Assembly: GCA_031416315.1 (NCBI GenBank)
Contig: JANOTL010000119.1
Location: forward strand, 1-41,964
DNA: 41,964 nucleotides
Source of the DNA: Pseudomonadota bacterium
Lineage (GTDB): Bacteria > Bdellovibrionota_B > Oligoflexia > Oligoflexales > CAIYRB01
Direction: 5' to 3'
The translations under genes and the position numbers were made by a program. Below are positions 1 through 9,330 of the stretch, one piece after another. Numbering within the stretch: the first letter of the stretch is position 1; each line of letters begins with the position of its first letter. The notes beneath the pieces are model-generated. The model did not search any database, was not told the DNA's origin, and was given only the letters and a program-made list of their open reading frames with translations.

Positions 1-64
1 GGCCGAAGGTCGCGGCGGTCGCGGCACCGGTTTTCAGGAGGCTGCGACGAGAAAGCTGAGACAT
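1..64 (-). CDS. 5' end of a Tat-exported protein (truncated by window edge); DUF1501-like by context only
   Basis: Reverse complement reads ATG TCT CAG CTT TCT CGT CGC AGC CTC CTG AAA = MSQLSRRSLLKTGAATAATFG, a twin-arginine signal (S-R-R-x-L-L-K). GAGGA RBS overlaps the upstream TGA stop (73-75). Confidence 0.75.
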   Translation of the reverse strand, partial: MSQLSRRSLLKTGAATAATFG

Positions 65-72
65 GGTCGTCC

Positions 73-849
73 TCATTTTCGGATCAAAAAGTGGGGGTTC
101 ATCATGATCGCCGTCATCATGCCGCGGACGGACGGCGCGCCGCCTTCGCCGCTGAGCGTCCCGAGCTCGCCGTCTTCGCCGAAGGCCGCGAGGAACGCGT
201 CCTTCTCTTCTTGGGGCGCATCGTAAGCCATCACCTCGTCCCAGAGCCGGTCCCTCGCCGCCACGATCTCGACGTCATCGCCCTGCTTGCAGAGCGGCAG
301 CAGGATGTCCACGAAAGAGTCGGAGAGCCGCATCTGATAGCCGACGTCGGGCGAGCCGGCGTCACAAACCTTCGCGACGTCCGCCGCAAGGCCGGAGACG
401 GCGAGATGCCAGAGGACGACGTTCACCGCGTTCGCCTTGCCGTTGCGGAAGCCGGAGCGCACGCCGTTGCCGGTCTCAACGCCGAGCAACTCCGGCAGGC
501 CGAACGCGCGCTGGCGGGAGTAGCTGTCGAGATAACGGCCGAGGTAGAACTGGTCGCTCGCCTCGAGGTCGAGCATGCGGTCGCGCACGGCGCCGTCGAT
601 CGCGAAAAAACCCTTAAAATCGGCCACCGCCTCGTTCACTGGCTCGTCGACGACGAGGTCTGGACCGGCGGGCTCCGGCGCGGGGTCGTCGGAACCCTTC
701 GCCGGCAGGCCGTCGCCTTCACCATCCGCATCGGGCCCCGGCTGCTCGTCCGGCTCGTCGCCCGCTTCCTTGCGGCCGCACCCGCTGCCGACGAGCGCCG
801 CGGCGAGCACGAGCGCCAAAATTTTCACCAGTCCGAGCTCGCTCATCAT
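73..849 (-). CDS. Lipoprotein of unknown function (258 aa)
   Basis: Hydrophobic signal with lipobox-like LVGSG-C, an acidic D/E/P linker, then a globular domain ending MMTAIMMNPHFL. ATGA overlap with the upstream gene. Confidence 0.8.
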   Translation of the reverse strand: MMSELGLVKILALVLAAALVGSGCGRKEAGDEPDEQPGPDADGEGDGLPAKGSDDPAPEPAGPDLVVDEPVNEAVADFKGFFAIDGAVRDRMLDLEASDQFYLGRYLDSYSRQRAFGLPELLGVETGNGVRSGFRNGKANAVNVVLWHLAVSGLAADVAKVCDAGSPDVGYQMRLSDSFVDILLPLCKQGDDVEIVAARDRLWDEVMAYDAPQEEKDAFLAAFGEDGELGTLSGEGGAPSVRGMMTAIMMNPHFLIRK

Positions 850-2870
850 CGCGCCTTCTCCTTGTACGCCCAGAGGTAGATCGTTTCGCGGTCTTCCGCG
901 GAGATGAACTGGTTGAGCGGCATGCGACGGTCGCGGTCGCCGCTCTCGAGCCGGTCGACGATGCGTTGCATCGTGTCTTCGCGACCAATCTGGACGCCGT
1001 CCTGCACGTGCTGAAATCCAGCGCCGCCGTCATCCAGCCGGATCCAGGTCGTTAGGCTCAAGCCGCCGGCGCCGCCGCTCCCACCGTGGCAAGAAGCACA
1101 GTTCTTCTCGAGCACGTGCATCACGCGGCAAGGGGGGCCGGCATCGGTGCCGCCTTCTCGCGGCAAGCGGTCGTAGCACTGCGAGGAGATCGGATCGGGC
1201 TCAGAGAAAGTGTTGCCCAGGACGAGGCGCGCCACGGTGTTGCGGACGGCGGTCGTCGAGCTCGTCTCCGCCTCGGAGGCGAATTTCGCCGCGAGGTAGT
1301 CGAGCCAGCCCGGATCGATCGCCTGGCCTTCGCCGTTGAAGCGCTCGAACATGCGGCGCACCAGGCACCTTTTCGGTTCCGGCGCCGTGCGCAGGAGCGC
1401 GAAGAGGTCGTCCAGCGACTCCCCGTACGAATTCAGGGAAGAGTCGTCGACCGAGCGCACGTAGCCCACGTCCCAAGTCCGGCCCGAGCCGTCGGGCGCA
1501 CGCCAGGCATCGGCGTAGGTGTCGTGGTCGGCGCGAGCCTGGTCGTCGAAAATGATCTCCTTCGCCTTGCTGAAGTCGAGGCCGACGATGCCTTTGTCGC
1601 GGAAGTAGCCGGCCATCGGGTCCAGCTTGTAGTGGCAGGATTGGCAAGCCGGCTCGGAGGCGTGGCGACCGCCCGCGTGATCGTCCGGGATGGTTTGGTT
1701 GATCGGCGTCAGGTCGTCGCAGAAAAAGCGCTTCAACATGTAGGCCGCGCGGCGGCGGTTGTAGTTCGTCGACGAGTTTTGCACGCGGAAGAAGAAGGTC
1801 TGCGAGAAGGAGGGCTGCGGCGCCAGCCCCAGCGGCGCGGTGTCGATCGCTTTGATGCCGGCGAGGCCGGAGGCAGCGTAGGTGGCGGAGTCGAAGGTCG
1901 CGAGCGAGCTGAACAAGGCGCCAAGGGTCGCCTCGGCGCGCGCCAGATTCCCCGAAAGATCCGGCTTCGGATAGGGCGGGAGGAAGCAGTAGAACAGGGC
2001 GTCGCCGAACCAGGCTTCGGTCAAAGCCTGCACGAGCTCGCTCGGGACGCCGTAGTCGTCCAGGAGATCGTCGACGGTCTGACCCTCCTCCGGGAACAAA
2101 CGGCCGCAGTACTCGGCCTGCGTCGTGTCCGGATTCATCACGAAGGCGCGAAGCGCTTGCACCTCCGCGACGATCAGGGGGCGCAGCGTGGCGCGGATCG
2201 TCTCCTGCGGAATCTCAGGCTCCTCCGAGCCGGAGCCCGGCTCTTGCGGGTCCGCGTCGCCGCCTTCACTTCCAGTGTCGGGAAGCTCGGCCTTTTCCAG
2301 CGGCTTCAGATAGAGCGGCTGGCGCGCGTCGAAGAGCGTCAGATAATCCCCGCCGCCTTCAAGCGCTTTCGCGGCGCTCAGCGCGGCGGGCAGCGTCATG
2401 ACGTCGTCGGCCAGCATGCCGTCGTCGCCGATGATGCGGCCTTCGCGAAAACCCAGGAACCAGAGGTTAAACTCGAGCATCCGCTCGGCAAAGCCCGGCT
2501 CGGCGAGGAGGCGCCCTACGAACTCGCGGCGCGGCAGCGCGCGGAGCTCCGCGGCGTCGGCGCGCGTCGAAAGCTCGCGTCCGGTCAGGGCCAAGGCGGT
2601 CTTGCCGTACCACCAGGCTTCACGGCCTTCCGGCAGCGCGGCCGGCGACTCGAGCGGGTCGACGAGGCTCGCGACCACGGGCTCGACGCTCGGCACGGTC
2701 GCGACGGCCTTGTCCGCGTCGACCGGTGCGGGCGCCGCCGGAACGTCCGGATGCGCTGGCGACTGCGGTCGGTTTTTATCGTCTTTCCGACCGCAACCAC
2801 CACCGGTAACGGCGACCAGCGCGCTGGCAATCAATGCGCGGCGTAGGGCTTCCACGAGAGCGTCCTCCAA
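846..2870 (-). CDS. Di-CxxCH c-type cytochrome lipoprotein (DUF1588/PSD-like region + C-terminal planctomycete-cytochrome-like domain)
   Basis: Signal ending TGGG-C. RAAYMLKRFFCDDL...HASEPACQSCHYKLDPMAGYF resembles DUF1588. C-terminal VLEKNCASCHGG..GGLSL...RMP..IS..D..TI..W resembles PSCyt1 (His/Met ligation). Start codon (TTG 2870) is uncertain. Confidence 0.8.
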   Translation of the reverse strand: MEDALVEALRRALIASALVAVTGGGCGRKDDKNRPQSPAHPDVPAAPAPVDADKAVATVPSVEPVVASLVDPLESPAALPEGREAWWYGKTALALTGRELSTRADAAELRALPRREFVGRLLAEPGFAERMLEFNLWFLGFREGRIIGDDGMLADDVMTLPAALSAAKALEGGGDYLTLFDARQPLYLKPLEKAELPDTGSEGGDADPQEPGSGSEEPEIPQETIRATLRPLIVAEVQALRAFVMNPDTTQAEYCGRLFPEEGQTVDDLLDDYGVPSELVQALTEAWFGDALFYCFLPPYPKPDLSGNLARAEATLGALFSSLATFDSATYAASGLAGIKAIDTAPLGLAPQPSFSQTFFFRVQNSSTNYNRRRAAYMLKRFFCDDLTPINQTIPDDHAGGRHASEPACQSCHYKLDPMAGYFRDKGIVGLDFSKAKEIIFDDQARADHDTYADAWRAPDGSGRTWDVGYVRSVDDSSLNSYGESLDDLFALLRTAPEPKRCLVRRMFERFNGEGQAIDPGWLDYLAAKFASEAETSSTTAVRNTVARLVLGNTFSEPDPISSQCYDRLPREGGTDAGPPCRVMHVLEKNCASCHGGSGGAGGLSLTTWIRLDDGGAGFQHVQDGVQIGREDTMQRIVDRLESGDRDRRMPLNQFISAEDRETIYLWAYKEKAR

Positions 2871-2920
2871 AGCGTTTCACGGGCAAGTGTCACGGGAACG
2901 CGATGCTAAGAGCACGGACC

Positions 2921-2937
2921 GTGCCAAGGCGGCGCAG
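2921..2937 (-). promoter_or_regulatory. sigma54 (-24/-12) promoter
   Basis: Minus strand TTGGCACGGTCCGTGCT versus consensus TGGCACG-N4-TTGCW. GG and GC are exactly 10 nt apart. Lies ~50 nt upstream of the cytochrome gene start. Confidence 0.8.
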
Positions 2938-3007
2938 ACACTCCGAAAGCCTTGAGCCGTGCGGAAAACGCGGGTTTTAGACGAGTAAACGCGCGGCGCA
3001 TCGCCAC

Positions 3008-3033
3008 GACCTGTTGCCGAGCGGCAACAGGTC
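3008..3033. promoter_or_regulatory. Palindromic site 1 (candidate upstream activating sequence)
   Basis: GACCTGTTGCCG-AG-CGGCAACAGGTC, perfect 12-bp arms; core CCTGTTGCC-N4-GGCAACAGG. Confidence 0.7.
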
Positions 3034-3054
3034 TACGGGTGAGAATTGGGCGCG

Positions 3055-3076
3055 CCTGTTGCCCGTTGGCAACAGG
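3055..3076. promoter_or_regulatory. Palindromic site 2 (candidate upstream activating sequence)
   Basis: CCTGTTGCC-CGTT-GGCAACAGG. Arms are identical to site 1, the spacer differs, and the centres are 45 bp apart. Confidence 0.7.
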
Positions 3077-3098
3077 TTCAGTCGTCGGTCGACGGCCA

Positions 3099-4529
<1,431 letters not shown>

Positions 4530-4611
4530 GCGAAGAGCTCCTGCAATGGGACCTTGACGAGCTGTATCAGCCGGGCGGCTCCGGGCGCAAGGATCCTTCC
4601 GATCGGGACCA

Positions 4612-6042
4612 TCACGAGACTCCCGCGTCCGGCGCGCCGCGGGGCAAGGCGTGGAGCGGCAGGCGCAGCGTGAACACGCTGCCTTTGCCGCCGGTCGAGG
4701 TCAGATCGAGCGACCCACCGTGATCCATCGCGATCTTGCGCGCGATCGCCAGCCCCAAGCCCATGCCCTTCTCGCCGTCGCCGGTCGAGCGCGTCGTGAC
4801 GTAGGCGTCGAACAAGGTCTCGCGCAAGGTCTCCGGCACGCCGCCCGCGTCGTCCATCACGTCGACGACCGCGCCGTCCGCCTCGCGCCGGAGGCGAAAG
4901 CCGACCTCGACCGCCTGCGGCGCCTTGGCGAGGCGGGCGTTGTTCACCAGATTGTGCAGGATCTGCGCGATCATCGCGCGATCGAGGACGACAGGGTAAG
5001 GCCCCGGCTCGCCGCCCATGGTAAACTTAGGTCCGTTTATCACGAGGTTCCTTTGGGCGAAGTCCCGCACGAGGTCCTCGAGATCGCCCGCCTCGAGCCG
5101 CGGCTCCGGCAAGCGGGCGAACGCGGTGAACTCGCGCACCATGCGCTCGAGCGAAGAGGTCTCTTCGTAGAGGACGCGGCCGGCCTCCTCGAGGAAGCTC
5201 GCCGTTTCGCCCGTGGCCGCAGCGCCCCGGCGCTTGAGCTCGGCCGCGACGAGGCTGATCGGGGTCAGCGGGTTCTTGATCTCGTGCGCGACTTTCCGCG
5301 CGACGTTCTGCCACGACTGCATCTTCTCCGTCAGGACGAGGCGCTGCCGAGCTTGATCCAGGTCTTCGGCCATCCGCTCCAGCGCCCGCGCCAGCATCCC
5401 GACCTCGTCTGTGCCCCGGGTCAAAGGCGGCGCCTCCGCCAGCTCGCCGACGGCGATGCGCCGGGTATAGTCGACCAACGCGGAGACCCGCGCGGCGATG
5501 CGCCGCGACAGGAGCCAGATGCCGAAGAGCCCGAGGATCGCGGCGCCGAAGAGCGCGAGGCCGAGCGCGACGAGGAACGAGCGCGTCAGCTCCGGCAAAA
5601 GCAGGCTCAGGTGCTCGCGCCGGCCGATCACCTCGCTCACGGCCTCGAAGCGCGGCTTCATCTCGTCCCAGTCGAAGCGCGCGCGTACGAGCTTTTTGCC
5701 GTCGCGGAAGACGTAGGCCTTCTCGCCCTCCCAGCGCGGCACGGCGCCCGGGTCGTCTTCAGCCAACTCCTCCCACGCGATCGTGACGTCCGGGACCGTA
5801 CAGGCGGCGACACGGCCGGCGTCGCGGCAATTGGCGATCAAGGCCTCGGCGCTCGCACGGCGCAGCTTGTGGCCGTCGAGCAGCGCCTTGCGCTCGTCGG
5901 TCAGGGCCTCGGTGACGCCTTTGTCTTCCGCTAGCGCGGCGACGCGCTCGAGCACCCCTTGGCCGGCGAGGAAGCCGGCGGCGCCGATGACGACGGTCGT
6001 GCCGACGACGACCGCGGCGAAGCGCGAGCCGATCGAGCTCAC
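4612..6042 (-). CDS. Membrane sensor histidine kinase (2 TM, HAMP, HisKA, HATPase; NtrY-like)
   Basis: HAMP segment DEVGMLARALERM. H-box WQNVARKVAHEIKNPLTPI, EFTAFARLP, N-box NLVNNA, G-boxes DDAGG and GMGLGL. GTGA overlap with the upstream gene. Confidence 0.95.
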   Translation of the reverse strand: MSSIGSRFAAVVVGTTVVIGAAGFLAGQGVLERVAALAEDKGVTEALTDERKALLDGHKLRRASAEALIANCRDAGRVAACTVPDVTIAWEELAEDDPGAVPRWEGEKAYVFRDGKKLVRARFDWDEMKPRFEAVSEVIGRREHLSLLLPELTRSFLVALGLALFGAAILGLFGIWLLSRRIAARVSALVDYTRRIAVGELAEAPPLTRGTDEVGMLARALERMAEDLDQARQRLVLTEKMQSWQNVARKVAHEIKNPLTPISLVAAELKRRGAAATGETASFLEEAGRVLYEETSSLERMVREFTAFARLPEPRLEAGDLEDLVRDFAQRNLVINGPKFTMGGEPGPYPVVLDRAMIAQILHNLVNNARLAKAPQAVEVGFRLRREADGAVVDVMDDAGGVPETLRETLFDAYVTTRSTGDGEKGMGLGLAIARKIAMDHGGSLDLTSTGGKGSVFTLRLPLHALPRGAPDAGVS

Positions 6043-7313
6043 TGGGTGAACCGGGCGTGATCCGGGAAGAAATAGCGCACCATCGTACGATCGAGCCCCG
6101 GGTCGCCGTAGACGAAGGCGAGGTCGATCTGGGTGCCGCTGTACGTCGCGCCGAGGGCCACTTTCCAGCGGAAACGCTTCGGGTCGTCCTGATCAAAATC
6201 CGAGACGTCGACGGCCTTTTCCTCGCCGTAGGTGAAGCCGAGGACGGTCGTGCCGAGGAAGACGAACTCGTAGGTTGCCGAGAGATCGTAGCTGCGCCGA
6301 AGGTCGGTCCGGCAGTCGTCATTGTAGCAGCTCATCATGTACGAGAGGTCGTAGATCCCCGTCGGCGTCAACGCGTGCGGCCCGACCATCCAAGTACGCG
6401 CCGCGTTCACCGTCGCCAGCGGCGGCTGGACCTCGGGCGCATAGCCGCGCATGTACTGGACGCTGGCGACGAGGCCGGGCTCGACGCGGCTAATAAAGGG
6501 CTTGTCGCTGTAGCGCGCGTTCACAATCCAGTACGTGAAGTAGGCGTGGCCGTTCTCCTTGCCGAAACCCCGCGACTCGTAGCGGTAGTCGCTCATGCCG
6601 CGCATCCATGTGGCGCTGCCGCTGAGGAGGCCGACGCGCCGGCCGAGCGTGAGATGCGCGACGCGCATGTAGCTCGTCGATTCGCCGTGATAGTCAGGGC
6701 CTTCATCATACTGCGCATCGCTCGTCGACTGGCCGCCGGAATATAGGAGATTCACGCCTGCGAACCACGGCGTGCCGAAGATCGCCGGCTCGTACAGCGA
6801 GGCGCGCCCGACGACGTGGCCGTTGGTGTGGCTGGAGCTCTTTTCCTCGCTTCGCTCTTCGTTTCGAAAGACCGCGAGCTCCCCGCGGAGACTCGTGCCG
6901 AAGAGAGCACGCGAGCCGACGAAAGCCTCGGCAAGCATCGAGGTGTCGCTCAAGACCTCGTTCTCCTTGCGCGCTCGCACCGAGGTCAGGCTCGCGCCCT
7001 GATAGACGACGCGCGCCGCACCTAGGACGACGGCCAGGCGGTAATGATCACGGACGGCGCCCTTTACGAGGCGCATGTCGATCGTGCGAAAAAAGGCGAG
7101 CGCGTCGAGGCGCCTTCGCGCGCCCTCGATCTCGAGGTCGAGCTTCTCCCGCGACAGCGGTTTTCCGGCGGGAATGCCGATCATGGATTCGAGGAACTCG
7201 CGCGAGATCCCCGAGCCGCCGTCAAAGTCGATGCCGTCGAGCACGACCTCGCCTTCGGCTGCGAAACTGGCGGACGCGCAGAGGACGGCAAGGAGGAAGA
7301 GGAAGCGACTCAT
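6039..7313 (-). CDS. POTRA-domain outer-membrane protein (Omp85-like), paralog A
   Basis: Start re-called at ATG 7313 (MSRFLFLLAVLCASASFA signal peptide; ATGA overlap). POTRA-like VVLDGIDFDG...RRRLDALAFFRTIDM, followed by alternating amphipathic beta-strands. Confidence 0.7.
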   Translation of the reverse strand: MSRFLFLLAVLCASASFAAEGEVVLDGIDFDGGSGISREFLESMIGIPAGKPLSREKLDLEIEGARRRLDALAFFRTIDMRLVKGAVRDHYRLAVVLGAARVVYQGASLTSVRARKENEVLSDTSMLAEAFVGSRALFGTSLRGELAVFRNEERSEEKSSSHTNGHVVGRASLYEPAIFGTPWFAGVNLLYSGGQSTSDAQYDEGPDYHGESTSYMRVAHLTLGRRVGLLSGSATWMRGMSDYRYESRGFGKENGHAYFTYWIVNARYSDKPFISRVEPGLVASVQYMRGYAPEVQPPLATVNAARTWMVGPHALTPTGIYDLSYMMSCYNDDCRTDLRRSYDLSATYEFVFLGTTVLGFTYGEEKAVDVSDFDQDDPKRFRWKVALGATYSGTQIDLAFVYGDPGLDRTMVRYFFPDHARFTQ

Positions 7314-7864
7314 TGCCGCACCTCGCAATCCCGCTCGTGCGACTGCGTCTGGTGCATGCTGACCATGGCGGCAGCGGCGCGGCCGAAGAGGGCCTTCGAG
7401 TTGCCGCCGATGCCTTTTTCCGCGAGCCATTCGCGCGTTTTCGCGGCCTGCTCCTCGCTCACGGGGTCGACGACGGTGACCACCGTGACCCGGTCGCCTC
7501 CGGCCAGGGCCCAAGCGGGAGCGCCGGCGTTGCAGGCCTCGAGCGCTTTGGCGCGATCCTTCTCGATCCGCTTCGAGCCGCCGAAAGGCGTGACGCCGTA
7601 AGTCTCGTCCCAGAGGTCGAAGTAAATCTTGCAGCCGAAGACGTGCGTCCCTTCTTTGCCGGCTAAGCTAGCTTGATGAACGATGGTGACCGACAGGCCC
7701 TTCGCGAGCTTCGCCGTCACTTCGGGAAAGGTCGCCTCGACGTCTTCTAGCTTGATCAACGCGCGCCCCGCCGTGCCGGCCGTGGCGACGCAGCCTCCCG
7801 CCGCGTCGGCGCCGGGTGCGAGCAAGTTGAGCAGGGCCAAGAGGGCCGCCAAGATCTTCCTCAT
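7310..7864 (-). CDS. Secreted protein, DUF4390-like (184 aa)
   Basis: Signal peptide MRKILAALLALLNLLAPGADA. Motif AKLAKGLSVTIV...CKIYFDLWDETY. Sits upstream of an NtrY-like kinase, where DUF4390 genes typically occur. Confidence 0.6.
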   Translation of the reverse strand: MRKILAALLALLNLLAPGADAAGGCVATAGTAGRALIKLEDVEATFPEVTAKLAKGLSVTIVHQASLAGKEGTHVFGCKIYFDLWDETYGVTPFGGSKRIEKDRAKALEACNAGAPAWALAGGDRVTVVTVVDPVSEEQAAKTREWLAEKGIGGNSKALFGRAAAAMVSMHQTQSHERDCEVRQ

Positions 7865-9195
7865 GGCTCACCTACCCGGGCTCGGTTGCTCAGATGCTGT
7901 TCTTGCAGGTTCAAGCCTTCCAATCCGTAAACGAGGCGAAGACTGGCGAGGAACGAGCTGGTGCCCCATTTCAGCACGAGCTGCGTCCTTCGCCCAGACA
8001 AAGTGCCAGGATCCCCATGCAAGGTCGCGTCGCGCACGTACGCATGCTCAAGGCCGACGACCAGGGCCCCGGTGCCGACGAGTTCGTAGGTCAGGCCCAG
8101 GTCCGACTGGCGATGATCCCGCTTCCAGTCCACGACGGCGGCAGGGGTGAAAGCATGGCGCTCAGCGACGAGGAGCGTATCCAGTAGCGAGGCGGTCCAC
8201 GTCGGCGGCTCGACGTCTTCCGTGTCGCCCGCGCCGTAACCACGCTCGAAGCCGATGCGCGCGACGATGCCGGGCTCGACCAAGGCCAAACGCGACTTTT
8301 CCGAGTAGACCGTCTCGACGGAGAGGAAGCTGAACCAGCCGCGCTTGCGAAAGCCTCGCTCCGCATCCGGCTGCGCGAAGGTCGACACGTAGTCGACGCG
8401 GGACTTGCCGCCCGAGGTGATCCGGCCGCGGCCGAAAGCGGCGTTGAGGGAAGCCAGGCCAAAACGCCAGCCCGCGAGGACGGCCCCGAGCTGGAAGTTG
8501 GTCGCGCCGCGATTCTCGTAACGACCGACGGGAAAGCGTCCCGAGTTCGCCCAGGGCTGCTCCGCGTGCACGCCGATCAGGCCCAAATGCGCGTGCGAAT
8601 CCTGGATGTCCGGCCAGTAGGCCGAGGCGTGGACGCGCTCGTCCTTCCAGGCGTTCTCGGCGTCGCCGTGACGGTGGCTGAAGGTCTCACGCGAAACCTC
8701 GAGGTCGAGGCGCGCGCCCGTGCCAAACAGATCCCGCGTCCCTCCGAACAGCGCGCTGCGCGTCGCGCGCTCGGCGACGACCTCGTTCGTGCGCCGCGCG
8801 ACCGCGTCGACGCCGAAGTATGTGGCGCTCTTCCGGACGAGGGTCGCAATGACGCGGAAGCTGCCGCGAATGGCGCCGCGCTCCAGAGCGAAGTCGACGC
8901 TCTCGTAGATGCCGAGCGCCATCAGCCGCTCCCGAGCGAGCTCCAGCCGGACCGCGAGATCTTCGTGACTCAGGGGTTTTCCGACCTCGATCTCGAGAGC
9001 TTTCGCGGCGAAGACGCGCGCGCCGCCACGCACGCCCCGGACGTCCACCGCCTCGACCGTCACCAAAGGTGTCGACGCCGCAGCGAGAGCCTGCGGCTCG
9101 CGCAGCGTCGCGAGGCAGAGCACGCCGAAAAAGATGAGGCGGAGGCGATCCGTCATGAGGGACTCATGATCCACGGGGGCGTCTGAGAAAGCCAT
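7861..9195 (-). CDS. POTRA-domain outer-membrane protein (Omp85-like), paralog B
   Basis: Signal peptide (alternative start ATG 9156). POTRA-like VTVEAVDVRG...RERLMALGIYESVDF. Shares GKPLS, R.LFGT, VEPG, RGY, HAxTP and VYG..GL with paralog A. Confidence 0.7.
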   Translation of the reverse strand: MAFSDAPVDHESLMTDRLRLIFFGVLCLATLREPQALAAASTPLVTVEAVDVRGVRGGARVFAAKALEIEVGKPLSHEDLAVRLELARERLMALGIYESVDFALERGAIRGSFRVIATLVRKSATYFGVDAVARRTNEVVAERATRSALFGGTRDLFGTGARLDLEVSRETFSHRHGDAENAWKDERVHASAYWPDIQDSHAHLGLIGVHAEQPWANSGRFPVGRYENRGATNFQLGAVLAGWRFGLASLNAAFGRGRITSGGKSRVDYVSTFAQPDAERGFRKRGWFSFLSVETVYSEKSRLALVEPGIVARIGFERGYGAGDTEDVEPPTWTASLLDTLLVAERHAFTPAAVVDWKRDHRQSDLGLTYELVGTGALVVGLEHAYVRDATLHGDPGTLSGRRTQLVLKWGTSSFLASLRLVYGLEGLNLQEQHLSNRARVGEP

Positions 9196-9330
9196 GAGCT
9201 TCGAAAAATCAAAGCTAGCGCAGGCGCTTGCCGACGTGCTCTGGAAAGATCTTGCCCGCGACCTCCTGGCACTTCGTGCGTGACGCTCTTTGCTTGGCCG
9301 GTCACGCTCTTCGTTCAGACGTCGGTATCT

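Noticed and set aside
3008..3076. Palindromes read as intrinsic terminators of the regulator gene
   Set aside because: No U-tract on the minus strand; arm sequence is conserved between copies while spacers differ; their position fits an enhancer. Not fully excluded.
6039..9195. MRGY/ERGY as the Omp85 loop-6 VRGY motif; calling these genes bamA or tamA
   Set aside because: The position relative to the preceding EPG strand does not obviously match loop 6, and the proteins are too short, with a single POTRA.
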